Shown here: one piece after another, positions 44,443 through 55,000 of the stretch
Layout of the letters: every line of letters starts with the position of its first letter
Position numbering within the stretch: position 1 is the first letter of the stretch
Source: Candidatus Niyogibacteria bacterium
Lineage (GTDB): Bacteria; Patescibacteriota; Minisyncoccia; JACROR01
NCBI GenBank assembly: GCA_016186495.1
Contig: JACPLO010000004.1
Location: 1-63,463 of the forward strand
Length of the DNA: 63,463 bases
Direction of reading: 5' to 3'
Made by a program: the position numbers and the translations under genes
The notes under the pieces: model-generated
Told to the model about the DNA's origin: nothing
Database searches by the model: none
The model's input: only the letters and a program-made list of their open reading frames with translations

Positions 44443-45750
44443 ATGGCAAACGATGATTTAAAATTAAAAATGGAAAAAATAGTTTCTTTGGCCAAGCGCC
44501 GGGGATTTATTTATGCCGGTTCGGAAATTTACGGCGGCCTGGCCGGCGTTTGGGATTACGGGCCGCTCGGAGTTGAACTTAAAAATAACATTAAAAATCT
44601 TTGGTGGAAGAAATTCGTTTCCGGCCGCGAAGATATGTTTGGATTGGATGCCGCGATTTTAATGAACGCGCGCGTCTGGGAAAAATCCGGGCATGCCGCC
44701 GGATTTTCCGATCCTTTGGCGGAATGCAAGAAATGCCATCAGCGGTTTAGGGGAGATAAAATAAAAAACCGCGCTTGTCCAAATTGCGGCGGGGAACTTG
44801 CCGGAGAGCGGCAGTTTAATATGATGTTTGAAACTTTTGTCGGGCCGGCCAAAGATTCTTCGGCTAAAACTTATTTGCGGCCGGAGACGGCGCAGGGGAT
44901 TTTCGTGAATTTTAAAAATATCGTGGATTCTTTCCATCCCAAGATTCCTTTCGGAGTCGCCCAGATCGGGAAAGCTTTCCGGAACGAAATTTCCCCGGGT
45001 GATTTTATTTTCCGCAGCCGCGAGTTTGAGCAAATGGAAATTGAATATTTTATCCGGCCGCCTGAAAGCGATAAGGACTGGCAAAAATTTTTTGATTATT
45101 GGGTCGCGGAAACGCGCGCTTGGCTGGAACAAATCGGCTTAACAAAAGAAAAAATTTACGAGCGGAACCTCTCGCGAGAAGATTTGGCGCATTATTCAAA
45201 AAAAACCGCGGATTTTGAATACGATTTTCCTTTTGGCCGCGAAGAGCTTTGCGGCTTGGCTTATCGGACGGATTTTGATTTAAAGAATCACAGCTTGGAT
45301 TATTATGACGAAGAAACAAAAAAAACTTTTATTCCTCATGTCATTGAGCCGACTTTCGGAGTGGACCGCCTAGTTTTGGCGCTTTTGGCCGAAGCTTATA
45401 CGGAAGACGAAATGGGCGGCGAAAAGAGAATTTTTTTGAAATTCAAGCCGGCGCTGGCGCCGATTAAAGCCGCGGTTTTTCCGCTCTTGAAAAATAAGCC
45501 GGCTTTGGTTGAAAAAGCGCGCGAGGTTTATGAATCAGTCAAAAAAGAAATTCCCGAGACAATCTGGGATGACAACGGCAACATCGGCAAACGTTACCGC
45601 CGTCAGGACGAAATCGGAACGCCTTATTGCCTGACCGTGGATTTTGAAACTTTGGAAAATGACACCGTGACGGTCCGCGATCGCGATACCGGAAAACAAG
45701 AAAGAATTAAGATTAAAATGTTATTGGATTTTATCCGCCAAAATTTTTAA
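44443..45750 (+). CDS. glyQS: glycine--tRNA ligase (alpha2 type)
   Basis: RGFIYAGSEIYGGLAGVWDYGPLG, class II motifs (YLRPETAQG, FRNEISP, GVDR) and an anticodon-binding C-terminus. Confidence 0.93.
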   Translation: MANDDLKLKMEKIVSLAKRRGFIYAGSEIYGGLAGVWDYGPLGVELKNNIKNLWWKKFVSGREDMFGLDAAILMNARVWEKSGHAAGFSDPLAECKKCHQRFRGDKIKNRACPNCGGELAGERQFNMMFETFVGPAKDSSAKTYLRPETAQGIFVNFKNIVDSFHPKIPFGVAQIGKAFRNEISPGDFIFRSREFEQMEIEYFIRPPESDKDWQKFFDYWVAETRAWLEQIGLTKEKIYERNLSREDLAHYSKKTADFEYDFPFGREELCGLAYRTDFDLKNHSLDYYDEETKKTFIPHVIEPTFGVDRLVLALLAEAYTEDEMGGEKRIFLKFKPALAPIKAAVFPLLKNKPALVEKAREVYESVKKEIPETIWDDNGNIGKRYRRQDEIGTPYCLTVDFETLENDTVTVRDRDTGKQERIKIKMLLDFIRQNF

Positions 45751-45771
45751 AAAATTCAGGCGGCTGAATTT

Positions 45772-47046
45772 ATGATTGAAACTAAAAAATTTAAGAACGG
45801 TTTGCGGGCCCTGGTCGCGCCGATGAAGTCAACGGAAGCGGTGACGATTTTAATTTTAGTCGGCACCGGCTCGGTTTATGAAACGAAAAATATCAGCGGC
45901 GTTTCGCATTTTCTGGAACATTTGTTTTTTAAAGGCACCGCGCTGCGTTCCCGGCCCGGCCAGGTGGCGAGAGAAATGGACGGTTTGGGCGCCGAGCATA
46001 ACGCTTTTACTTCCAAAGAAATAACCGGTTTTTGGATAAAAAGCAGCCACCGCCATTTTGACCGCGCCTTGGAAATTATCGCCGATCTTTTGCTTAATCC
46101 TTTGTTTAAGCCCGAAGAAATAGAAAAAGAGCGCGGCGTAATTCTTCAGGAAATTTCAATGTATGAAGATATGCCGCAGCGGAATGTTTGGGAAGTTTTT
46201 GACGAATTGATGTATGGCAACCAGCCGGCCGGCTGGAACATCGCCGGCACTGTCCAGAGCATTAAAGGAATAAGCCGGAATAATATCGTTGGATACAAAC
46301 AAAAGCAATATGTTCCGGCTAATACTTTGGCGGTGGTCGCCGGCAATGTTTCGCCTAAAAGAGTTTTTTCAAAAATCAATGATCTTTTTTTGCCGTTCTC
46401 TCCGGGCCGGCCGGAAAAAATGCCGAAAGTTATTTTTAAACAAAAAGGCCCGCGGGTTAAAATAAAGCATAAAGAAACGGATCAGACGCATTTGGTCTTA
46501 GGCGTTCAAGGGTATGATATGTTTGATTCGCGAAGATATATTTTGAATCTTTTAAGCGTTATTTTGGGCGGCAATATGTCTTCGCGGCTTTTTATGGAGA
46601 TCAGAGAAAAACTGGGATTGGCTTATTATGTGGGAACCCAGATTTCTTTTGAAACTTACGGCGGATATTTTACCGCGAACGCCGGCGTGCCGCACGCCAG
46701 TTTGGAAAAAACCGTGAAAAAAATTGCGGAAATTTTAAAGCGCGCCGCCGCGAACGGCGTTTCGGCAAAAGAACTGAAATTAGCGAAAGATTACGCGCGC
46801 GGCACCATGGCTTTATCTTTTGAATCTTCGGACGAAGTCGCCTCTTTTTACGGCGAGCAGGCGTTTTTTCAAAAGAAAATTCTTTCGCCCGAGGAAATTT
46901 GGCAAAAGATGGAAAAGTTTTCCCGAGACGATCTGGCGCGCGCCGCGCGCGATCTTTTTCACCCCTCCCGATTTAATCTGGCAATAATCGGCCCCCATCA
47001 AGACGCTGATTTTTATCAAAAACTTTTGGAAAAATCAGCGATTTGA
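45772..47046 (+). CDS. M16-family (pitrilysin/insulinase-like) zinc peptidase
   Basis: HFLEHLFFKG inverted zinc motif HxxEH, with downstream E in the EKERGVILQEI block. Confidence 0.88.
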   Translation: MIETKKFKNGLRALVAPMKSTEAVTILILVGTGSVYETKNISGVSHFLEHLFFKGTALRSRPGQVAREMDGLGAEHNAFTSKEITGFWIKSSHRHFDRALEIIADLLLNPLFKPEEIEKERGVILQEISMYEDMPQRNVWEVFDELMYGNQPAGWNIAGTVQSIKGISRNNIVGYKQKQYVPANTLAVVAGNVSPKRVFSKINDLFLPFSPGRPEKMPKVIFKQKGPRVKIKHKETDQTHLVLGVQGYDMFDSRRYILNLLSVILGGNMSSRLFMEIREKLGLAYYVGTQISFETYGGYFTANAGVPHASLEKTVKKIAEILKRAAANGVSAKELKLAKDYARGTMALSFESSDEVASFYGEQAFFQKKILSPEEIWQKMEKFSRDDLARAARDLFHPSRFNLAIIGPHQDADFYQKLLEKSAI

Positions 47047-47063
47047 TATATAATAAAAATAAA

Positions 47064-48101
47064 ATGCCCGATTCAAAAACCACCATTGAAATAACGACCG
47101 GCACGATTATTCGCGCTCTGCTTTTGATTTTGTTGGCTGTTTTTTTGTATTGGATCAGAGAAATAGTGGCGGTGGTTCTTTTAGCCGTGGTTCTGGCTTC
47201 CGCCGTGGATCCGGTGGCGCGCTGGTTCAGCCGTTACCGCGTGCCGCGGGTTTTTAGCGTTATCCTGACTTATTTGCTGACGTTTTTGGTTTTAGTTTCC
47301 GCTTTTTATATCACTGTTCCGCCGCTTTTCAATGAGTTATCCGATTTCATCGCCCAGTTGCCCGTTTATTTTAAAGCCAATGTCTCTCATCAATACTTAA
47401 TTCAGTTTTTTCCCGAACTGCCTTTATTTATTAACGATTATTTCGGCGATATATTTTCCGCGGTCAATGAATCGCTGCAAAACGCGACGAACGGATTTTT
47501 TGAAAATATTTCTTCGGTTTTCGGCGGCGCGCTTTCTTTGGTCTTAATTATCATTCTTTCATTTTATCTGGCGGTTCAGGAAGACGGCATTGAGAATTTC
47601 CTGCGCATTATTTCTCCGAAAGAAAAAGAAACTTATGTTTTAGATCTCTGGTCGCGTTCCCGAAGAAAAATCGGGCGTTGGTTCCAAGGGCAGATTCTTC
47701 TGGGAATTTTGGTGGGCGTTTTGGTTTTTCTGGGATTGACTATTTTACAGGTCAAATATGCTCTTCTCTTGTCGATTCTTTCGGCAATTTTTGAAATAAT
47801 TCCGGTTTTTGGGCCGGTGATGGCGGCGATTCCGGCGGTGGCGGTCGCTTTTATCCAAAAACCGGTTTTAGGGCTTTTGGTTTTGGCGTTTTATGTTATT
47901 GTCCAGCAATTTGAAAATCATTTGATTTATCCTTTGGTGGTGAAAAAAACCATAGGCGTCAATTCAATCTTGGTGATTTTATCTTTGGTTATCGGCGGCC
48001 AGGTTGCCGGACTTTTCGGTTTTATTTTAGCGGTGCCGATCGCGGCGGTTTTGATGGAAATCGTCAATGACATTGAAAAAAACAAAAAAGGGCATGGCTG
48101 A
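47064..48101 (+). CDS. AI-2E family transporter (PerM-like)
   Basis: About 8 TM helices. The EIIPVFGPVMAAIPAV and ENHLIYPLVVKK blocks are typical of the family. A TTG at 47043 is an alternative start. Confidence 0.8.
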   Translation: MPDSKTTIEITTGTIIRALLLILLAVFLYWIREIVAVVLLAVVLASAVDPVARWFSRYRVPRVFSVILTYLLTFLVLVSAFYITVPPLFNELSDFIAQLPVYFKANVSHQYLIQFFPELPLFINDYFGDIFSAVNESLQNATNGFFENISSVFGGALSLVLIIILSFYLAVQEDGIENFLRIISPKEKETYVLDLWSRSRRKIGRWFQGQILLGILVGVLVFLGLTILQVKYALLLSILSAIFEIIPVFGPVMAAIPAVAVAFIQKPVLGLLVLAFYVIVQQFENHLIYPLVVKKTIGVNSILVILSLVIGGQVAGLFGFILAVPIAAVLMEIVNDIEKNKKGHG

Positions 48102-49608
48102 AAAATTTTATCTGACGACTTCCATCGCTTATATCAATTCTTCGCCTCATCTCGGTTTTGCCAAAGAAATCGTCATGGCGGACGCTTTGGCCAGATATCA
48201 GCGGCTTCTCGGAAAGGAAGTCTATTTTTTAACCGGCACGGACGAACATGGCGCCAAAATCAGCCGCGCCGCCGCGCAAGCCGGTTTGCCGGTTGAAAAA
48301 TTCGCGGATCAAAATGCCGGAAAATTCAGGAAACTGGCCGAAGTTTTAAATATTTCTTTTGATGATTTTATCCGCACTTCGGATAAAAAGCGGCATTTTC
48401 CCGGCGCGCAAAAAATCTGGCGGCTGCTTTCCGAAAAAGGCGATATCTATAAAAAATCTTATCGCGGGCTTTATTGCGTGGGGCATGAAGCGTTTGTCAC
48501 GGAAAAAGATTTAACAGACGGAAAATGCGCGGATCACGGCCAGGCGCCGGAAGCGATTGAAGAAGAAAATTATTTTTTCAAACTTTCCGCTTATACGGAG
48601 CGGATCAAAAAAGCGATTGTTTCCGGCGAATTGGAGATTACGCCGGAAAGCCGAAAAAATGAAATTTTATCTTTCTTAAAGGAAGGTTTGGAAGACATAA
48701 GTTTTTCCCGGCCGGCGCGGGATATTCCTTGGGGGGTGCCGGTGCCCGGCGACGCGGAACAGACGATGTATGTTTGGGGCGATGCTTTAACCAATTATAT
48801 TTCCGCCCTCGGCTATGGCCAAGAAAAAGAAACTTTGTTTAAAAAATTATGGCCCGCGAATCTACATATTATCGGCAAAGATATTCTTCGTTTTCACGCG
48901 GCCATTTGGCCGGGGATGCTTTTATCCGCTGGCCTGCCTTTGCCTGAAAAAATAATGGTTCACGGTTTTATCACTTCCCGCGGCCAAAAGATGTCAAAAA
49001 CTTTGGGTAATGTGGTTGATCCTTTTGATTTGGCCGAAAGATACGGCGCCGAGGCCGTGCGTTACTATCTTTTGCGCGAGATTTCTTCTTTTGAAGACGG
49101 CGATTTTACCGAGAAAAAATTCAAGGAAAATTATAACGCCAATTTGGCGAACGGTTTGGGAAATTTCGTCAGCCGCGTCAGTAAAATGATTTTTCAATAT
49201 TTCGGCGGCGCGATGGAAAAACCGGCGCAAACGGCTTTGGCCGCGGCGGCTTTCAAAAAAGAAATGGAGATTGAAAAATTTTTTATTCCGGAATATCAAA
49301 AAGCGATGGCCGGACTGGATTTCCAAAAAGCCGGCGATGTTATTTGGCGCCTGATCGGAATGCTTGACGGTTACATTCAGGATTATGAGCCTTTCAAACT
49401 TGTCAAAAATAACAAGGAAAAAGCTCAAGCCGCGCTTTGGCAATTGGCTTTTGGAATGTTTTGGGTTAGCCGGCTGCTTGCGCCGTTTATGCCTTCCACG
49501 GCCGAGAAAATTTTTAACATCCTCGGCGTTTCTTCCGATATTTTGCCCAAAAATTTAAAAATTTTTCGCTTCAAAGAACATAAAGGATTGTTTCCGAGAA
49601 AGGAATGA
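48094..49608 (+). CDS. metG: methionine--tRNA ligase (HIGH motif reads HLGF)
   Basis: The block FYLTTSIAYINSSPHLGF, DEHGAKI, KMSKTLGN and an anticodon-binding helical domain. Confidence 0.9.
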   Translation: MAEKFYLTTSIAYINSSPHLGFAKEIVMADALARYQRLLGKEVYFLTGTDEHGAKISRAAAQAGLPVEKFADQNAGKFRKLAEVLNISFDDFIRTSDKKRHFPGAQKIWRLLSEKGDIYKKSYRGLYCVGHEAFVTEKDLTDGKCADHGQAPEAIEEENYFFKLSAYTERIKKAIVSGELEITPESRKNEILSFLKEGLEDISFSRPARDIPWGVPVPGDAEQTMYVWGDALTNYISALGYGQEKETLFKKLWPANLHIIGKDILRFHAAIWPGMLLSAGLPLPEKIMVHGFITSRGQKMSKTLGNVVDPFDLAERYGAEAVRYYLLREISSFEDGDFTEKKFKENYNANLANGLGNFVSRVSKMIFQYFGGAMEKPAQTALAAAAFKKEMEIEKFFIPEYQKAMAGLDFQKAGDVIWRLIGMLDGYIQDYEPFKLVKNNKEKAQAALWQLAFGMFWVSRLLAPFMPSTAEKIFNILGVSSDILPKNLKIFRFKEHKGLFPRKE

Positions 49609-49624
49609 AATTATGTGAATTAAA

Positions 49625-49754
49625 AAATACTCCCAAATTGCTTTTGGAAACGATTAAGGGGGAGTCCAGGATAGGTCGCTTTGCGACCTGTTATAATAGG
49701 GGGGATTTAAGGTCTCCCCCTTACCGCGTTGAGAAAAGCAATTTGGGAGTATTT
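49625..49754. repeat. 130-bp nested inverted-repeat element (21-bp perfect outer arms); structured RNA or MITE-like
   Basis: AAATACTCCCAAATTGCTTTT (49625..49645) is the perfect complement of 49734..49754. Inside are an inner 10-bp stem TAAGGGGGAG/CTCCCCCTTA and the hairpin GGTCGC-TTT-GCGACC. An extended -10 TGTTATAAT lies at 49689..49697. Confidence 0.6.
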
Positions 49755-49793
49755 CTTAATTTAAATTAAGGAGTATTTCTTAATTTAAATTAA
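49746..49793 (+). repeat. 24-bp tandem duplication x2 (GGAGTATTTCTTAATTTAAATTAA)
   Basis: The two copies at 49746..49769 and 49770..49793 are identical. The first overlaps the 3' arm of the inverted-repeat element. Confidence 0.85.
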
Positions 49794-49802
49794 AATGAAA
49801 TT

Positions 49803-50589
49803 ATGTTAAAACCACGGCTTTTCGACACTCATACTCATTTGCAGTTTAAGGCTTTTGACAAAGATCGCGAGAAAGTGATTAAGCGCGCGCTTGAGAGCGG
49901 GGTGTTTTGCGTCAATGTCGGAACGCAAAAAGATACTTCAAAGGCCGCGGTAGAACTTGCGGAAAAATACAACGGTTTTTGGGCCGCAGTCGGCCTTCAT
50001 CCGATTCATACCGAAGAGTCATATCACGATGAACAGGAAACTTCAGGCGTTGGTTTTAAATCCCGCGAAGAAGTTTTTGATTTTGATTTTTATGAAAAAT
50101 TGGCAAGCCATCCGAAAGTTGCTGCCATTGGCGAGTGCGGGTTTGATTACTACCGGACAACTCCTGAAAGTCGCGTTAAGCAAGAAGGCGCGTTTCGCGC
50201 GCAGGTTAGGCTTGCCAAAAAAATTGGAAAGCCGTTAATGCTCCATTGCCGGCCCTCGCAAAATCCGGATAAATCTTTTTCTAATGCCTTTCGCCGGCGA
50301 TTGGCAAATTGCCGAAAAATTTCTGGACTTAGGATTTTATTTGTCTTTTACCGGCGTAATCACTTTCGCCCGGCAATATGACGAAGTCCTTAAAAAAATG
50401 CCGCTGGACAGATTAATGATTGAAACTGACGCGCCTTACGTGGCGCCGGCGCCGTATCGGGGCCAGCGCAATGAACCGCTTTATGTGGAAGAAATCGCCA
50501 AAAAAATCGCTGTTTTGCGCGGCGTTTCTTTTGAAAAAATAGCGGAAGCCATTGTCCAAAACGCCATAAAATTTTTTGGCATTTCTTAA
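49803..50589 (+). pseudogene. tatD: TatD-family metal-dependent hydrolase, disrupted (frameshift plus internal deletion)
   Basis: The N-terminal part (FDTHTHLQ, GLHP, IGECGFDY, LMLHCR) is in one frame. The C-terminal part (LDLGFYLSFTGVITF, IETDAPYVAP, RNEP) is in another frame starting near 50284. The segment that should carry the HCFxG His is shortened. Confidence 0.65.
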
Positions 50590-50705
50590 TTCAAAATCAA
50601 AGTTATATTGCCGCGCGAATCTTAAAATGAATTTTTATTTTATATTTCATTACCAAATTATATTGCCGGTTCGCTGGATTTTTGCTTTGCAAATTAGAAC
50701 AGAAA

Positions 50706-50740
50706 TAAAAAATTCCGTCAATAATTGACGGAATTTTTTA
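50706..50740 (+). terminator. intrinsic terminator
   Basis: AAAAAATTCCGTCAATAATTGACGGAATTTTTT. Confidence 0.7.
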
Positions 50741-50759
50741 TTTCGCTTATTCTTGAATT

Positions 50760-51629
50760 ATGGATCCCCGCCAATATATTCAAGAGCGGACCCAAAAAAT
50801 AACCGAAGCATTATATAGAGTGACGGATTTGTTTTCAGACAAAGAACCGATTAAGTGGCTTTTGAGAAAGAAAGGAATTGATATCTTTAACTGCTTAAGT
50901 TTTTTAGACGATAATTCTCCGGATCGGCGGTTGAAAAATATTGAAATTGTCTCTGGATCAATCAGCAGTATTTTACGTGTTTTAGATATTGCTTCAGCTG
51001 GCGCTTTTATTTCTGCCGTTAATTTTGAGGTCTTACAGCGAGAATATCGGGCTTTGGTTGATTTTATCAATCATAGTAAAAAAGACATTTTACCGTCTCC
51101 AACTGCTTTTTTGTCTGATTCTGTTTTAAAAATAGTTTCTTCGGAAAATAATTCTAAAGAATCTCCTGATAAAGGACATTCTAATGGACAAAAAGGACAG
51201 GTTGGCATAAATAATTTCTTTAATGGACAGGCTTTAATTGTTAAAGATATTAAGAAAATCAATAATAATAAAGAAAACAGCAATAACAGCAATAATTTAG
51301 AAATAAAAAATAATGTAAAGATTAAAAGCCAAATTATAGCAAATACGAATACGACAGATACGATAAAAATAAGGCAATTAATGAATAACAACAAAAAGAA
51401 TGTTCCTTATAATGATGATAACGATGAAATTGAAATCAAGTTTAATAGACAAAAGAAAATATTGGAATTCGTAAAAAATAACGGTTGGGTGGGAGCGAGA
51501 GAGGTGTCTGTTATGTTTAATAAAAATATCAGCGAAAAGACTGTTCAGAGAGATTTAATCGCGATGGCGGATTCAGGTATTTTAAGGAAAGCCGGTGATA
51601 AGCGTTGGCGCCGATATGCCGTAGTGTAA
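50760..51629 (+). CDS. putative DNA-binding regulator: helical N-domain, Asn-rich linker, C-terminal winged HTH
   Basis: The C-terminus KKILEFVKNNGWVGAREVSVMFNKNISEKTVQRDLIAMADSGILRKAGDKRWRRYAV looks like a wHTH. The low-complexity NNNKENSNNSNN linker is clear. Confidence 0.55.
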   Translation: MDPRQYIQERTQKITEALYRVTDLFSDKEPIKWLLRKKGIDIFNCLSFLDDNSPDRRLKNIEIVSGSISSILRVLDIASAGAFISAVNFEVLQREYRALVDFINHSKKDILPSPTAFLSDSVLKIVSSENNSKESPDKGHSNGQKGQVGINNFFNGQALIVKDIKKINNNKENSNNSNNLEIKNNVKIKSQIIANTNTTDTIKIRQLMNNNKKNVPYNDDNDEIEIKFNRQKKILEFVKNNGWVGAREVSVMFNKNISEKTVQRDLIAMADSGILRKAGDKRWRRYAVV

Positions 51630-52023
51630 TAGTTATCCACAACTATTCTTTACGGATGATTTTTCTTAAATTATAATATAAAAAAAGGTGTGAAAACTGT
51701 TTGCTTCATCTTTTGATTTTTAGTAATTTATAAACCAAGAATTAAAATTAAAAATTAAAAGAGGGAGCAAAAGACTGAACATTGAGAATTGAATAATTCT
51801 GAATTGGATTAGTTTAGAAGATAGAGAATTAAAAACAAAATTACAAACTAATTTTGGAGTTCTGCTGGGTCGATTAGAATTATGAACAGTGGAACTTCAA
51901 TGCTGAAAATTTAAAAATTTGAAAGTTAGAAAGATTATTAGTTAATTAAGAGCATGGATGAAGCCGGCCTCTTGGTCGAAGTCGGCAAATAAATCTATGC
52001 GATAAAATTTAAAATTATTATTT

Positions 52024-55000
52024 ATGAGTAATTTAAGAAAGAGAGGCGGAATCAAGGGAAAAATTGTTTCCACTCTCTTAATAACTGCAACTACAACTAT
52101 TTGGTTGTCGGGCGCGATGATGCTTGCTCCGTTAGCGGTTCAGGCCGACGCGGTTTCTGATCTGCAGGCGCAAATTGCGTCATTGCTCGCCCAAATCAAC
52201 ACTTTGCAATCGCAACTTACAACGTTGCAAGGCGGGACAACCACAGCTGCTTGCTCATTTTCCCGTGACCTTACTTTAGGCGCGAAGGGCGATGATGTGA
52301 AATGTTTGCAGAATTATTTGATCGGTACCGGCCACTATAGTTTTAGCGGCGGGGCAACCGGTTATTTCGGTTCTGTAACTAAATCAGCGGTTAGCGCTTG
52401 GCAAGCCGCTAATGGAGTTTCCCCGGCTGCCGGATATTTTGGCTCTATTTCCAAGGCAAAATATTCTTCGGTCGCGGCAATGACTCCGACTACTCCTACC
52501 ACTCCGACTACCCCCACCACTCCGACGACGGTTGTTACCGGTTCGGGTTTGAAGGTTGAAGCGGGAGTCCAGCCCAGCGGAAGTTTGGCGCCGGACAATG
52601 CCACCAGAATTCCTTTCACGGTTGTGAAATTTACAGCCGGCAGTGCTGACGTGACTGTTGATTCATTAGTTGTTGAAAGAACTGGCTTGGCAAATGACGC
52701 CGTGTTTGCCGGAGTCGTGCTTTTGGACGAAAAAGGCGTTCAGCTTGGCGTGGCTAAGACTTTGAATTCTGTCCATCAAGCAACCTTGACGGAAGATTTT
52801 GTGGTTAAAGCCGGACAAAGCCGGACTATGACTATTGGCGGCAATCGCGCTGATACTTCCACTTATGCCGGACAGATCGCTTACCTGAATTTGGTGGGCG
52901 TTAATACTGTCGGCGGAGCGGCGGTCAGCGGCGTTCTTCCGATTTCCGGAGCCGGCCATACCGTTAACGAATCTTTGAGCATTGGTTCAGTAACCATGCT
53001 TCGCGGCGCCACTGATCCGGGCGCTAATCAGAGCAAGGAAGTTGGCCTGACCGGTTATACTTTCTCGGCGATTCGCGTTACCGCTGGATCAGCGGAAAAA
53101 GTTTATCTTGAATCAGTTCGCTGGTATCAATCCGGTTCTGCTTCCAAAGACGACCTTGCCAATCTTAAGGTTATCGCGGATGATAAGGAATATACTCCTA
53201 TGGTCAGTTCTGACGGAAAATATTACACCGCCAGTTTTGGCAATGGGACAGCCGGCATTTTGATTGACAAAGGATTTTCCAAAGATATTTCCATTAAAGG
53301 CGATATTGCCGCCGGATCAGCCCGCACTATTGCTTTTGATATTGCCAAGAGAACTGATCTTGGTTTGAAAGGAGAAACTTACGGTTATGGCTTGACCGCT
53401 CCGCAGACTAACTCTTGTGTCGGGAGCACGGGTACTGCTTGTTTCACCAATACTGAAGATCCCTGGTATGATTCCGCGATCGTGACTATTTCCGCCGGAA
53501 CAATGACTGTTTCCAATTCCACTTCCGTGGCCGCCCAAAACGTCTCCATTAACCAAGCTAATCAAATTTTAGGCGCGGTTAGCGTTGATGTCAGAGGCGA
53601 ATCAATTACCGTGGGCGCGATGGACTTTAACGTTACGCTTGGTTCGGAAGGAACAGATGCGGATGTTAACGACATTACCAGCGTTTCTTTATATGATGCG
53701 AACGGCGCGGTAGTGGCTGGTCCGGTTGACGGCAGCGCCACTCCTGACACGACCGGCGCTTCCAGCATTGGTGGCGACGGCGTGATTACCTTTACCGATT
53801 CGGTTACTTTTCCGTCCGGCGTTCATATTTACACCTTAAAAGGCAAATTAGGAACGGATATTACCAATAATGTGACGATTACCGCTTCCACTACGCCAAG
53901 CACTCAATGGACTACGGTTACCGGCCAGACCACTGGCGTAACCATTACGCCCAGCCCGACTTCAGCTATTACTTTGAGTGCGATGACCGCGAAAACCGGC
54001 GCATTGACTGTGTCTGTTTCTACTATTCCGATTGCTCAAACCGTGATTGCCGGCGCTGACCAATTCCTGTTTGCAAACTACATTTTGGATTCAACTGCTT
54101 CCGGAGAAGATGTCCGATTAACAACTATTCCTTTGGCTTATGATGTGGTAACCGCCGCCGCGACCGAACTGACCAGCTGTAAACTTTATGACGGCTCTAC
54201 GGCGGTAACAACCGGTTCAAACATTGTTAATCCATCCGAGACTGGTTCAGGAACTTCCTTTACCTTTGACGGTTCTGGTTTGGTTGTCAGCAAAGGCACT
54301 TCCAAGACCATTAGTTTGAAATGTAATGTTGCTTCCAGCATCAGCGCGGGCGATATTTTCAGATGGGGAATCAATAACGGCCAATCTTACACCGGCGCGA
54401 CCGGCGTAACCAGCGGCCAGACTATTGGTGAAACTTTTACTGATTCCATTGGCCAGGATATGACCGGCGCGACTGGCGGCAGTTTGGCGGTAACGCTTGA
54501 TACTGATAGCCCGGGCTATGTTATTGTTAATGCCGGCGCCACTGGCGTAATTCTTGGCAAAATCAGATTTGCGGCGAGTAATGAAGAAATTGATCTTAAG
54601 CAAGTTGCTTTGGAAATAACGAGCGCCGCTTCCAACACGCCGGTTGATTTAGTAGGCAGGCAAGTAACCTTATGGGACGGCTCTACTCAAGTTGGGACAG
54701 CCGTATTCCCGACTGGTGATAATGCCACTTCCAGCGTAATCACTAATTTCAGAATTCCGCGCGATGGCGCGAAAGTCCTTACGATTAAAGGTGATATTGC
54801 CGCGATGGGCGTTTCCGGACCTTTGACTGGTTCCGGCGACCTCTTAATTGTCGGTTATGACGGAAATAATGTCGGCCTTAACGGCAATTATGGAACTGGT
54901 GTTGCTTCCGGAAATACTATCAACGGCGGGACAACTGATAGAAATCCGTCAGGAGTGCGTATTATGAAATCTTATCCGACCTTGGCAAAGATTTCAGTGC

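Noticed and set aside
49746-49793. CRISPR array
   Set aside because: These are only two directly abutting 24-bp copies with no spacers, so this is a tandem duplication. No repeat-spacer array or cas genes occur anywhere in the window.
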